NCBI GenBank assembly: GCA_041661245.1
Contig: JBAZUY010000001.1
Coordinates: 64,491 to 128,490 of the forward strand
DNA from: an archaeon
GTDB lineage: Archaea > Iainarchaeota > Iainarchaeia > Iainarchaeales > JAAZKV01
DNA: 64,000 nt
Reading direction: 5' to 3'
Shown here: positions 30,131-40,130 of the stretch, one piece after another
Position numbering within the stretch: position 1 is the first letter of the stretch
Layout: the number at the start of each line of letters is the position of its first letter
Program-made: the position numbers and the translations under genes
The notes under the pieces: model-generated
What the model saw: the letters and a program-made list of their open reading frames with translations, nothing else
Databases searched by the model: none
Told to the model about the DNA's origin: nothing

Positions 30131-30919
30131 TTGATCAGAATGCTTTATTTAATTGGAATTGGACTAAAACCATCACACTTGACACTTGAAGCACTTGAAT
30201 GCATAAAAAAAAGCGACCAGGCATTCCTTGAAGTCTATACTTCCCAATATAGTGAAGGACTTTTAAAAGAATTAAGAGATTTAACTGGAAAAGACATAAA
30301 AGAAATTAACCGAACAGATGTTGAAGAGAATTTTACTTCCGCACTTACAAGCGCAAACAAAAACAATATTTGCTTACTTGTATTTGGAAACCCCCTAACT
30401 GCAACCACACACATTCAACTCTTGCTTGATGCCAAAGAAGCAGGAATAAAATACAAAGTTATCCCCGGAATTTCAATTACAAATATGATTGCAGAAAGCG
30501 GACTTGATGAATACAAATTTGGACGAACAGTAACCATTTGTTACCACTTGCCAAATTTTGAACCAGATTCATTTTATACCCAAATAAAAGAAAATCAAAA
30601 AATGGGACTACACACACTTTGTTTACTAGATATTAAAAAAGATCAACCACAACAAAGACTAATGAATTCTGTTGAAGCAATAGAAGTACTTGAAAAAATA
30701 ATGCTTAAGAAAAAACAAAAGGATAAATTCTTGTATATTGCACTACTCGGAATGGGATCTGAAAAACAAAAGATTCTCGTTGGAAGAAAAATGATATTCA
30801 CTTCAAAAGAAATTCATGAAGTTTACCCGCAAAGTATGATTATCCCCGGAAAAATGAATGAAAAAGAAAAAGAAATTGTAAAAAAGTTATACGATCCATT
30901 AATTGAATGGAAGGATTAA
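30131..30919 (+). CDS. dphB: Diphthine synthase
   Basis: MLYLIGIGLKPSHLTLEALECIKKSDQAFLEVYTS, VIPGISITNM, tetrapyrrole-methylase-like fold. Confidence 0.95.
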   Translation: MIRMLYLIGIGLKPSHLTLEALECIKKSDQAFLEVYTSQYSEGLLKELRDLTGKDIKEINRTDVEENFTSALTSANKNNICLLVFGNPLTATTHIQLLLDAKEAGIKYKVIPGISITNMIAESGLDEYKFGRTVTICYHLPNFEPDSFYTQIKENQKMGLHTLCLLDIKKDQPQQRLMNSVEAIEVLEKIMLKKKQKDKFLYIALLGMGSEKQKILVGRKMIFTSKEIHEVYPQSMIIPGKMNEKEKEIVKKLYDPLIEWKD

Positions 30920-30958
30920 AGTAACAGAAGAATTTTGAGAGTAAATGGTGAATCAAAT

Positions 30959-31249
30959 ATGAGTGCAGAAAAAGATTTGATTGAAAAAGTAGAAAAATAC
31001 GAAAAACTCACTGCAAGAGGATTAAAAGAAATTAAAATGAAAAAAAACTTGCCTGAAAAAGACAAACTTATCGCAGAAGATTTCTTACAAATGGCAAAAA
31101 ACTATTATAATGATGCTTTGTTTTTTAAAGAAAAAGGAAACTTACTAACATCGCTCGCAGCATTCTCTTACGCACACGCTTGGCTTGACGCAGGAGTACG
31201 AGCAAGAGTATTTGATGCTACTGACGACCAGTTGTTCACGCTGCCCTAA
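30959..31249 (+). CDS. DUF357-like protein
   Basis: MSAEKDLIEKVEKYEKLTARGLKE...ALFFKEKGNLLTSLAAFSYAHAWLDAGVRA; start moved to the internal ATG. Confidence 0.75.
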   Translation: MSAEKDLIEKVEKYEKLTARGLKEIKMKKNLPEKDKLIAEDFLQMAKNYYNDALFFKEKGNLLTSLAAFSYAHAWLDAGVRARVFDATDDQLFTLP

Positions 31250-31280
31250 ATAATCTTCAATAAATAAAACCAAGTACTAA

Positions 31281-31751
31281 TTAGTTTTTTGAGACCAATT
31301 CTTCAGGACTAAAAACAATTCCCTTATAAAAAAGCGCCCTAAATGCCGCAGAAACAACAAAATTAAGTTTTTTGCCTTTTGGAAATTCATAAGCTTCCCC
31401 ATCCTCTTTAATCATTCTTAGATTTTTTGAGACAAGACTAAAAAGAGCTTCCGAATTTTTTGGTTTTTCTTTAAGTGCAGCAACAATTGCCTGCGCAAGA
31501 ATAATTGGTTGAGTAGTATTAGCTCCTTTGCTAACCTTTCTAGTACGCAACTCGGCAAGATAAATTTCTAATGCTTGCGAAGAAGAGGGTTTAAGAAAAT
31601 AAGAATGTAAAGGCAAATAATTTGCTCGTAAAGGAATTCCTGCTATACGAAGAGCATTTTCTCGCCCAAAAGCCTTACTTACTGCAGGAGAAAATTTTGC
31701 TTGAGCATATTTTCCTTTTACTCTGGCAGCTACCCCTAAACCCATATACAA
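31281..31751 (-). CDS. Hypothetical protein
   Basis: 156 aa intact ORF. Confidence 0.6.
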   Translation of the reverse strand: MYMGLGVAARVKGKYAQAKFSPAVSKAFGRENALRIAGIPLRANYLPLHSYFLKPSSSQALEIYLAELRTRKVSKGANTTQPIILAQAIVAALKEKPKNSEALFSLVSKNLRMIKEDGEAYEFPKGKKLNFVVSAAFRALFYKGIVFSPEELVSKN

Positions 31752-31886
31752 ATCAATCCCATTAGTTAACTAAAAGAAGCGCCTAGCTTATATTAATAAT
31801 TACCACTTATCCAAAGTAAATCTTTCACTTAACACAAACTAAAACCCCCCAGCAAGTTTTAAATAGCAGAACTTTCTTTATTTGTC

Positions 31887-32435
31887 ATGTCATTATACGG
31901 ACCAAAAATTAGACTTCCAAAAGTAGATATCCCAATCGCTTCAGGCGGAGGGGCATCTTGGAACCTTGAGAAAGAAAAAAAGATTGCAATTTATGCAATT
32001 ATTGCAATCGTAGTTATTGCAATACTTTGGCTAGCAGTACCAGTTATATTCACATTTCTTACAAGCGGACTTGATTCAATGCTTAACCCCGCAGTAACTA
32101 TTAATTGGAGAAATAATCCACTAAATATCACAAATGGGGTAAGAGAGGCTGAACTTGATTTGACTTTAACAAATACCTCCAAAGAAGAACAAACTGAGGT
32201 TAGTTTTAATATTACTACAAACTCAAACGAAATAATAATTTTCTGCCCAAATTCATTATATGATACAAACAAAGGGAGATATGTTCTTGAAAATATTGCA
32301 CCAGGAGATAAACGAAAGATCCCTTGTATTATTAGAAGAAATCCTGATGCTAGTGTATTTAGTGGAAGTTATACTCTTGATGTAATAACTAGTTTAGGGA
32401 ATGTTAAAACTAATTTAGAAATCATTTCAAAATAA
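31887..32435 (+). CDS. Membrane-anchored protein with Ig-like/CARDB-like extracellular domain
   Basis: Single N-terminal TM (IAIYAIIAIVVIAILWLAVPVIFTFL) then beta-rich NGVREAELDLTLTNTSKEEQTEVSF. Confidence 0.65.
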   Translation: MSLYGPKIRLPKVDIPIASGGGASWNLEKEKKIAIYAIIAIVVIAILWLAVPVIFTFLTSGLDSMLNPAVTINWRNNPLNITNGVREAELDLTLTNTSKEEQTEVSFNITTNSNEIIIFCPNSLYDTNKGRYVLENIAPGDKRKIPCIIRRNPDASVFSGSYTLDVITSLGNVKTNLEIISK

Positions 32436-32482
32436 AAAACATTCGCAAAGTAGATTTAGTTAAAAACAAACAAAGAAAAATT

Positions 32483-33466
32483 CTATTTCTTTGACTTTTT
32501 CTTAACTGGTTTTGCAAGTTCTTTTCCATTCGTTTCCAAATGATGAAGTTTCTTAAGTTCACTCCAAGATCTATAAAAGAAATAACCCACAATTAAGAAA
32601 GTCATAACTGGAGAGATAATTGAAGGAATCTCAAACCCAAAAGCATCAAGAAGCATAATTGCCCCTAAAAAGAAAATAGAATACATTGCCCCATTCTTCA
32701 AATAAGCATATTTCTTTATGTTCTCAATATTACTAATTGTAATTTCTCTCACCACAAATGCACCAAGCCCATTTCCTAAAATTATTAAAGGCACTGCAAG
32801 AGTAAAAGCAAACGCGCCTAAAACACCATCAATAGAAAAAGTTGCATCAATTATTTCCAAATACATTAGCTTACTAACATCCGACATGAAAGCCCCTTTT
32901 GATTTTACTAAGTTATGCTCATGCTTTTCCACATTTTGCTTAAATCCATGCATTATAAAAAAAGCAGTTGAACCAATTACGGCCGCAAGCGCAAGAGAAG
33001 GATTATATTGAAGAGCAAACCAAACAAGGGACGCAAGCAAAACAGAAACTACTGCATAAAACCAAACCCATTGCGCATGGAAAAACCTTTCATGATGATG
33101 CGCATAATTCTTTGGTTCCATAAACAACCAATGAAAAAATAAGAATACTAAAAAAGTTCCAGCCCCCGCTAATAAAAATGGGGCAGCACTTGCAATAGCT
33201 GAAATAACTTTTGGATCAGAACTAAAAGTTGCTGTCAATGCACCAATTGGACCAAGAGAAGGAACTGTTGCCCAAACAATTAACCAAGGCAATAAACCTC
33301 TAACAACAAAAACAGCAATAATTAAACCCCAAAACAAGAACCACTTTCTTGCCCATTTACTCATTCCCTTCAAAACATCCGCATTAATTATTGCATTATC
33401 AACACTATTAATTGTTTCAAATAAACACAAACCGAAAACAACAAGAATTATTGATACAATATCCAT
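32483..33466 (-). CDS. DUF475/TerC-like integral membrane protein
   Basis: FETINSVDNAIINADVLKGMSKWARKWFLFWGLIIAVFVVRG; EIIDATFSIDGVLGAFAF. Confidence 0.88.
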   Translation of the reverse strand: MDIVSIILVVFGLCLFETINSVDNAIINADVLKGMSKWARKWFLFWGLIIAVFVVRGLLPWLIVWATVPSLGPIGALTATFSSDPKVISAIASAAPFLLAGAGTFLVFLFFHWLFMEPKNYAHHHERFFHAQWVWFYAVVSVLLASLVWFALQYNPSLALAAVIGSTAFFIMHGFKQNVEKHEHNLVKSKGAFMSDVSKLMYLEIIDATFSIDGVLGAFAFTLAVPLIILGNGLGAFVVREITISNIENIKKYAYLKNGAMYSIFFLGAIMLLDAFGFEIPSIISPVMTFLIVGYFFYRSWSELKKLHHLETNGKELAKPVKKKSKK

Positions 33467-33521
33467 GAAATATTAAGGCAAAGCAAGATTAAAAAAAGAA
33501 CTGTTCTTCCTTCAACTACAA

Positions 33522-33947
33522 ATGGTTACATCAACTGATTATGACAAATACTTAGCAGCAAAAGCCGCAGCATTAATCAGAGAAAATTTTTCTGACCGAG
33601 GAGTAATCAACCTTCTTGTGGTTAGATGGGGCAAAACTAAATCCAAAAGAGTTTTAGGACACATTAAACCCATGGAGAATGTGGAGTACGGTTCAATCAT
33701 TGAAATAAACCCAATGTTAAAGAGCCTTAATGTGCCCGAATACGTACTTGAGTATGTATTAATGCATGAATTAACGCATTATTTCCAAGGATTTGGTTCC
33801 AATCATCAAAGGAAACACAAACACCCACACAAAGGACACATTGTTGAGAAAGAAATGGCAAGACACGGTTGGGACGAAATAACAATCAAATCAGAGAAAT
33901 GGATTAAAGAAAACTGGAAAAATATAGTAATGATGGAAAAGAACTAA
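33522..33947 (+). CDS. YgjP-like/SprT-like metallopeptidase
   Basis: YVLMHELTHYFQGFGSNHQ with HExxH motif. Confidence 0.75.
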   Translation: MVTSTDYDKYLAAKAAALIRENFSDRGVINLLVVRWGKTKSKRVLGHIKPMENVEYGSIIEINPMLKSLNVPEYVLEYVLMHELTHYFQGFGSNHQRKHKHPHKGHIVEKEMARHGWDEITIKSEKWIKENWKNIVMMEKN

Positions 33948-33980
33948 ATTCCAAAGTTTTAATGAAAAAAGTTACGCTAA

Positions 33981-35783
33981 TTATTTAGCGTGGTACTTTT
34001 TCTCTTCAGCAACTTGCTCTTGCAAGTAATCAATATATTCATTCTTTAAACTCTGAACCGTAGCTAGTTTACCAGATCCAAGGAAAGTATAAATATTTTC
34101 AAGGAAAATATTTGAACCCATTACTGAAGGCATTGCAACAAAATCTACTCCTTTATTGTAAAAATCAAGTGCATTTGAGTAATAATGCGCAATAGAAAAA
34201 ATTGGCAAGTTTGGATAAATTGCTCTTGCTTCCCTCACAATTGCAAGCGCTTCTCGGTGATTTAAAATTGTTATAACCATTAACTTTGCGTCCACTAAAT
34301 CTAATCTCTCCCAAAGCGTTTCATTCTCTGAAGAACCATAAACATAAGGCAAACCATCCCTTTGCCCTTGAGCAACTACTTCAGGATCATGATCAACTAC
34401 AAACACTTGATTATTTTTCATGAGAGCTTTTGCTAAACCTCTGCCAACAGTTCCGCCCCCAATAATAATTATGTGATCTTTCAAAACTCTTTTTGCAGGA
34501 ACATTCTCAAGTTCTTCTAGTTTTCTATTAAAAAATTCTTTTCGCATTGCTTTGGGGAGTTTTTTTACTTTATCATAAAGAAATTGTGAAACTCTGCTTG
34601 AAGAAACCATTAAGTAAGGAGTCATAATCATTGAAAGCGCCACTACAGTTATTATAAATGAAAATAAACTTGGAGAGAAAACTGTTTCATTTGCATTCAT
34701 TGCAAGTACTGCTGCAATACCTGCTAATTCAAAACCAAACTCGGAAATACTTGCTAAACCTAAACCAAGTTTTACACCCATCTTGCTTCCATACCCCATT
34801 AATAAGGAAATACCAAAGAATACTACGGGCTTTATTACAAAAACTAATAATAGAATTGCAATAACTAAAAATGGATTTAGTGCAGAAAAACTAAAGCTTA
34901 ATTGGATTCCAAGAGAAACAAAGAAAATTGTTAAGAAGAAATCACGAAGAGCCCTAATCTTTGAAAATATTTCAAGATTATATGGAAGAGTACTTAATGC
35001 AAGTCCTCCAACAAATGCCCCTATTGCAATTGGAATGCCCAAAAGTTCACTTATTCCAATAAACACAAACGCTGTTGCAATACTTGAAAGTAAGAATAAT
35101 TCTTGTTCCTGAACTGCAACCTTAAACAATCTTGGAAACACAACCTTGTTCATAAAGTACGCGATGAGGATTAAGAAAATACTTTTTCCCACAATAGAAA
35201 TCAATAAAGAAACATTTCCCAAATTTGAAATATTTGCAAGAAGCGGAACAAAGAAAATTACCAAAAAATCTTGCAATAGAAGAATTGAAACCATTAATCT
35301 TCCTTGAAGAGTATTTAACTCCCCTGAATCAGAAAGAAGCTTTACCACAATCATTGTTGAAGAGAATGCAATTATTGTCCCAACAAACAATGCTTGTTCA
35401 AATGAAAGCAAATTTGTCGGAACTGTAAAAAGGAATGTGAAAAAGATTACTAAAAGAACTTGGAGAATAGTTGCAAATACTACTGGTTTTCCAACGTTAA
35501 GCAACCGGTGAATATTTGTTTCAATTCCAATGGAAAATAGTAAAAGTGCTGTTCCAAGAAGAGAAAGAAGTTTAACTTCAGGAGTAATTGCTTTAATCCC
35601 AATCTCAAAAGGACTTCCTAAAAAACTCAAATCCATGCTCCCTAAAACCAAAGGTCCTAATAAAACCCCCGCAACAATATAACCAAACAAAGTCGGTTGT
35701 TTTAATTTTTTTAATAATGCACTAACTATTGTCGCGACAATAATTATTTCCGCAATATGCGTGAACAAGAGAACTGCATCCAA
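33981..35783 (-). CDS. Kef/CPA2-type cation:proton antiporter with TrkA-N domain
   Basis: 12-TM antiporter-like region plus HIIIIGGGTVGRGLAKALMKNNQVFVVDHDPEVV. Confidence 0.92.
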   Translation of the reverse strand: MDAVLLFTHIAEIIIVATIVSALLKKLKQPTLFGYIVAGVLLGPLVLGSMDLSFLGSPFEIGIKAITPEVKLLSLLGTALLLFSIGIETNIHRLLNVGKPVVFATILQVLLVIFFTFLFTVPTNLLSFEQALFVGTIIAFSSTMIVVKLLSDSGELNTLQGRLMVSILLLQDFLVIFFVPLLANISNLGNVSLLISIVGKSIFLILIAYFMNKVVFPRLFKVAVQEQELFLLSSIATAFVFIGISELLGIPIAIGAFVGGLALSTLPYNLEIFSKIRALRDFFLTIFFVSLGIQLSFSFSALNPFLVIAILLLVFVIKPVVFFGISLLMGYGSKMGVKLGLGLASISEFGFELAGIAAVLAMNANETVFSPSLFSFIITVVALSMIMTPYLMVSSSRVSQFLYDKVKKLPKAMRKEFFNRKLEELENVPAKRVLKDHIIIIGGGTVGRGLAKALMKNNQVFVVDHDPEVVAQGQRDGLPYVYGSSENETLWERLDLVDAKLMVITILNHREALAIVREARAIYPNLPIFSIAHYYSNALDFYNKGVDFVAMPSVMGSNIFLENIYTFLGSGKLATVQSLKNEYIDYLQEQVAEEKKYHAK

Positions 35784-35841
35784 ACAAAATCACTCAAAAA
35801 TACTTACAAAATAAGGGTTTTTTGGTTTAAAAGAATTGCTT

Positions 35842-36507
35842 TCAAGCTGTATTAACTAATTCTTCAAGGAGTTTTAAGTTCACTTCTGAAAAGTCTTTAA
35901 TTATCAAATCAGCAGTTCCCTCAAAATCTTTTGGAGCAGTAAGCTCTGTTAAGAGGGCGATAGATTTCATTTCCGCGCGGTTTGCTGCTTCAATTCCATT
36001 TTTTGCATCCTCAAACACAACACACTCACTTGGTTTTGCACCCACTAACTCTGCCGCTTTAAGAAATAAATCAGGATTGGGTTTATGTAAAGCAACATCC
36101 TCAGCAGTAACTAAAGCATCCAAATATTTGCTAACTTTTATTAAATCAAGAATTCTTTTTGCTCGCTCTTTAGTACTAGACGTCGCAACTGCAATCTTCA
36201 CTCCTTTTTGTTTAGCGCAAGAAATTAAAGAGGTAATAGTTTTATTGGGACGCAATTCATTCTCCATAAGAGAGAGCTCAATTTTAAATGACTTTTTTGA
36301 AAACTCAAGAGGGTCAATTTTTGGCAAACTAAACTCTTTTTCCCACTCTTTAAGCTGGTCACGAAGAGACATACCAACAGATTTTTTTCTCTGCTCAGGA
36401 GTTAAAACAACCCCATATTCTTTTAGAAGCACTCCAAAAGATTTGGTAATAAATGGCGGGGAGTTGACAAGCACCCCATCCATATCAAAAATAATCGCTT
36501 TAAGCAT
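35842..36507 (-). CDS. HAD-superfamily phosphatase (beta-phosphoglucomutase-like)
   Basis: IIFDMDGVLVNSPP, VATSSTKERAKRIL, KPNPDLFLKAAELVGAKPSECVVFEDAKNGI. Confidence 0.9.
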   Translation of the reverse strand: MLKAIIFDMDGVLVNSPPFITKSFGVLLKEYGVVLTPEQRKKSVGMSLRDQLKEWEKEFSLPKIDPLEFSKKSFKIELSLMENELRPNKTITSLISCAKQKGVKIAVATSSTKERAKRILDLIKVSKYLDALVTAEDVALHKPNPDLFLKAAELVGAKPSECVVFEDAKNGIEAANRAEMKSIALLTELTAPKDFEGTADLIIKDFSEVNLKLLEELVNTA

Positions 36508-36535
36508 TTGATCAACTTCCGTTCACAACTCAATC

Positions 36536-37948
36536 TTACTTCACAACAGCTTTAGCAATCGTTGAACCATCTTTGTTATCCACAAGTTCAATTCCTTTAG
36601 ATTTGAGTATTCCGCGTATCTCATCTGCACGCTTCCAATCTTTGGTCTGTTTTGCAATGCTTCTCTCATCAACTAGCTTTTGTTGTTCTTCAGTTATTTC
36701 AAAAAACTTTTCAGAAAAATCAAGAACTCCCATTACTGAATCTATTTTCTTCAAAAAATCAAGAGCTTCAATTGCACCATTTACTCCAAGCGCACCATCA
36801 TCAATTTGTTTATTAACTTTTTTAGCAAAATCAAAAACATACTTCATTGCTTCAGGAACATTCAAATCATTATCCATTGCTTCAGTGAACGCACTAAGTG
36901 CTTCATCAACAAAAATCTTTACAGAGTCATTTGCTTTTGTTTCTTTGATTGATTTTAATCTCTCAATCAAATTTTGTAATCCATCAAGAGTCTTTTGCGC
37001 GTCTTTTACTGATTCAAAAGTGAAATTTAATTGTTGTCTATAATTTGTATTAAGGAAAGTATACCTAATTGCTTTTGGTTTTAATCCTTTGTTCAATAAA
37101 TCTCTCAAAGTAAAAAAGTTTCCAAGAGACTTGGACATTTTTTGCCCTTCAACCATTAAGTGCGCAGTATGCATCCAATAATTAACAAATTTTTTCCCAC
37201 TCGCGGCTTCACTTTGAGCAATTTCATTTTCATGATGAGGAAATTTATTATCAATTCCACCAGTATGCAAATCAAAATGTTCTCCTAAATACTTCATACT
37301 CATCGCAGAACACTCAATGTGCCAACCTGGACGACCTTTCCCTAAAGAAGTTTCCCAAAATACTGGCCCATCATTTTCATCCCAAGCTTTCCATAAAGCA
37401 AAATCTCCAATTCCTTCTTTTTCATACTCATCTTGTTTAATCCTTGCACCAGCTTTTAGTTGAGTTGGATCAATTCCTGCTAGTTTTCCATAATTTGGAA
37501 ATTTTTTAATTGAATAATAAATACTTCCGTCTTCTCCACGATAAGCAATTCCTTTGTCAAGAAGTTTTTGAACAATTGCAACCATTTCAGAAATGTGCTC
37601 AGTTGCAGGGCAATAAATTTCTGCAGGCAAAATATTAAGTGCTGCAACATCTTCCAAAAATGCTTTTTTGTAAACACTAGTATATTCACTCAAAGCCATT
37701 TTTTTCTCAATGCTTCCTTTAATTGTCTTATCATCAACATCAGTATAATTCATTACTTGTTTTACTTTGTACCCCGAAAATATCAAGTAACGCTTAATCA
37801 AATCTTCCCAAGTATAGCACTTCAAATTCCCAATGTGAATATAATTGTAAATTGTTGGACCGCAAGTGTAAAGTCCTACTGCACCTGGCTTGATTGATTT
37901 AAACTCTTCAAGCTTATTTCCAAATGAATTAAAGAATTTTAATACCAT
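36536..37948 (-). CDS. cysS: Cysteinyl-tRNA synthetase
   Basis: GLYTCGPTIYNYIHIGNLKCY, NYTDVDDKTIKG, GWHIECSAMS, EGQKMSKSLGNF. Confidence 0.97.
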   Translation of the reverse strand: MVLKFFNSFGNKLEEFKSIKPGAVGLYTCGPTIYNYIHIGNLKCYTWEDLIKRYLIFSGYKVKQVMNYTDVDDKTIKGSIEKKMALSEYTSVYKKAFLEDVAALNILPAEIYCPATEHISEMVAIVQKLLDKGIAYRGEDGSIYYSIKKFPNYGKLAGIDPTQLKAGARIKQDEYEKEGIGDFALWKAWDENDGPVFWETSLGKGRPGWHIECSAMSMKYLGEHFDLHTGGIDNKFPHHENEIAQSEAASGKKFVNYWMHTAHLMVEGQKMSKSLGNFFTLRDLLNKGLKPKAIRYTFLNTNYRQQLNFTFESVKDAQKTLDGLQNLIERLKSIKETKANDSVKIFVDEALSAFTEAMDNDLNVPEAMKYVFDFAKKVNKQIDDGALGVNGAIEALDFLKKIDSVMGVLDFSEKFFEITEEQQKLVDERSIAKQTKDWKRADEIRGILKSKGIELVDNKDGSTIAKAVVK

Positions 37949-38048
37949 AAAAGCACTACCTAAGAACTAACCAAGAGATTATTTAAAGATAAGTTTTTGG
38001 AAACGAAAACAAAAAATACGAAGAACTAGGCAAAGAATCTAAGAAACC

Positions 38049-38357
38049 TTAATCAGAATCAAAATCTTCTTCATCACTGCCGGAAGATGCTTCTTCTTCC
38101 TCTTCTTCCATTTCGAATTCTTTACTTTCAATAAGTTTCAAAGCGCCCTTTTTGTCGGCAATTACAGTGTACTCTAGGTTACATTCAGAGCAAGCAACTG
38201 CATCTCCTTCTTCAAGGTCATCAATATTAACCTCAAATCTTGCCTTACATTCAGTGCATAATTTCTTCATTGAAGCCATACTTATTTTCCACCCATTTTC
38301 CTTTATAAACCTTTCCAAAATGGTCAAAAAATGCATTAAAATTAGTTTAAATGGCAA
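38049..38357 (-). CDS. Small zinc-ribbon protein with polyacidic tail (LysW-like)
   Basis: MKKLCTECKARFEVNIDDLEEGDAVACSECNLEYTVI...FEMEEEEEEASSGSDEEDFDSD; the real start is probably nearer 38276. Confidence 0.7.
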   Translation of the reverse strand: MPFKLILMHFLTILERFIKENGWKISMASMKKLCTECKARFEVNIDDLEEGDAVACSECNLEYTVIADKKGALKLIESKEFEMEEEEEEASSGSDEEDFDSD

Positions 38358-38417
38358 AATAAGAGAACGAGCTTAGTTAGGATAAGGGAAAAAGCTTAAT
38401 TTTGCCCCGTGTGGGTA

Positions 38418-38975
38418 CTAAAGAAGAGAAAGGATTATCCCTAAGGTTAAACCATAGAGAATAGTAAGAATAATCCAATTCAAAGCTAACTTTGATCCAG
38501 TTACTCCAAGTACGACTTTAAGCAGTTTATATGATCCTACAAGCCAAGCCACTGTTAGAATTATTGAGAATAATATGAATAAAACTCCTAAAAACATTAA
38601 GAGCCCAGAACTAACCATTGGACCAAAAAGAGCTGTAAGAGCGAAAACCAAAGCCCCAACTAAATTAATCGCCCATAGCTTTCCAACAACTGACAAACAT
38701 TGAGCATAACTTATTCCAATTAAGCGCTTTTTCTTTCTAACATGAACAAATTCAAAAAACCAAACAAATCCTGAAAAAAGCAACCATTCTGCAAAATTCA
38801 ATAATACAAAGTATATGCTCGTGTAAATATTTGCTGAAATAAAGAAAGAGGCAAGAGCCATTAATATTCCGGAAATCAAAACAATTCCAAACGCCCCCTT
38901 AATATCCTCGTTATGGAAAGCATCCTCAAAAGCTTTTGTTGGACTGAATAAAACACTAGCACACATATTTATCAC
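38418..38975 (-). CDS. YIP1-like membrane protein
   Basis: 185 aa; LFSPTKAFEDAFHNEDIKGAFGIVLISGILMALASFF pattern and multiple TMs. Confidence 0.7.
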   Translation of the reverse strand: MINMCASVLFSPTKAFEDAFHNEDIKGAFGIVLISGILMALASFFISANIYTSIYFVLLNFAEWLLFSGFVWFFEFVHVRKKKRLIGISYAQCLSVVGKLWAINLVGALVFALTALFGPMVSSGLLMFLGVLFILFSIILTVAWLVGSYKLLKVVLGVTGSKLALNWIILTILYGLTLGIILSLL

Positions 38976-39035
38976 TAAATTATCATTTACTATAAGGCAA
39001 TTACTCCTATTTAAAGCTAATTCTTGCCCACCAAA

Positions 39036-39575
39036 TCATAATTCTTTTTTCATTAAACAGTTATCAACATATTTTTCATTAATTAGAGCTGCTTTTTTCA
39101 ATAACCCGTATTTTGAAAATCCAAGTTTTTTATAAAGCAAAATTGCAGGTTTATTTTTTGAATCAACTGCCAAAAGAACAAGTGTTTTGGACCCAGGTAA
39201 ATTCTTCAAAGTGAATTCCATTAAACCAATTCCAATACGATGACGACGATGAGAAGACTCAACAACAAGCGAAGAAATTTCAGCCCTGTGCTTATGTAAA
39301 CCTTTGCCGAAAACTACTTTGACATGCGCAACAATTCTTCCATTTTCTAGTGCAACAAATCGCTTATCAATTCCCTTAATAGTAGCACTTAATTTTTTTT
39401 GAACAGAAGATTTTTTCCAGTGCGGAAACAGAGCATGCACCTCGGAAATAGTGTTCAAATTTAATTCAGAGAGTTCTCCAAATATAATTCCGTCAAGCGA
39501 AGCTTTTGGGGAATTAATTTCATTTTTGGCACCCGCCAAAGGAAGATTATGCCCCAAAGCCATAATTTTAATCAA
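39036..39575 (-). CDS. GNAT-family N-acetyltransferase
   Basis: ISSLVVESSHRRHRIGIGLMEFTLKNL...AILLYKKLGFSKYGLLKK. Confidence 0.9.
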   Translation of the reverse strand: MIKIMALGHNLPLAGAKNEINSPKASLDGIIFGELSELNLNTISEVHALFPHWKKSSVQKKLSATIKGIDKRFVALENGRIVAHVKVVFGKGLHKHRAEISSLVVESSHRRHRIGIGLMEFTLKNLPGSKTLVLLAVDSKNKPAILLYKKLGFSKYGLLKKAALINEKYVDNCLMKKEL

Positions 39576-40018
39576 CTCCTTTGTTTCTTTGCCAAATCAC
39601 TCTTTAGTTGGAGTCTTACTCGTTCGTTAGCATCTTTTGAGTCCCCAACTTTATTACTAGTATGAGTTTTTGAAACATCAATCAAAAAATTATTGTGAAT
39701 AATATCTCTTCCAATTAAAACTGAATAAGGCAAACCTTCTCTATCTTCAATATTTACTCCAGTTTTAATTTTCTTACCTTTAACAATAATAATTGCTTCA
39801 GCAATTGCTCTTCTTGTATAACCCCGAGGAGAAGAAGCACTCTTTATTTTAACACTTGAAATAATTGGTCCAACCCCTGCTTTAGCAGCGGTACGAACAT
39901 CAATACAAGTTCTTGTAGCACCAGTATCAAAAAGAGCTTTTTTTATTATAACTCCTTTCTTCCCCTTTATTCGAACCAAATCAACTAAACCAATTATTTT
40001 TTTTCCTTTGCTCATCAA
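39572..40018 (-). CDS. Retropepsin-like aspartic protease family protein
   Basis: KALFDTGATRTCIDV (DTGA) and LPYSVLIGRDIIHNNFLIDVS. Confidence 0.82.
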   Translation of the reverse strand: MMSKGKKIIGLVDLVRIKGKKGVIIKKALFDTGATRTCIDVRTAAKAGVGPIISSVKIKSASSPRGYTRRAIAEAIIIVKGKKIKTGVNIEDREGLPYSVLIGRDIIHNNFLIDVSKTHTSNKVGDSKDANERVRLQLKSDLAKKQRS

Positions 40019-40130
40019 ATCAAATCATACTTATAAGGAAAACCGTATTATTAACCCTTTTGGGAAGGTTTTTACAAAAATCAAAAAGCAAAACCTTTTA
40101 TAGGAATGGATACACAGTAGCATTTGTTAC

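Noticed and set aside
38353-38406. Structured riboswitch-like element (GGCAAAAT...AATTTTGCC) upstream of the zinc-ribbon gene
   Set aside because: The outer complement exists, but I could not build a convincing conserved internal structure; it may be a simple terminator for the upstream gene.
39572-40018. Retrotransposon or retroviral fragment, because of the DTGA protease motif
   Set aside because: No reverse transcriptase, integrase or terminal repeats. The single-domain gene overlaps a GNAT gene and fits known cellular retropepsin-like families.
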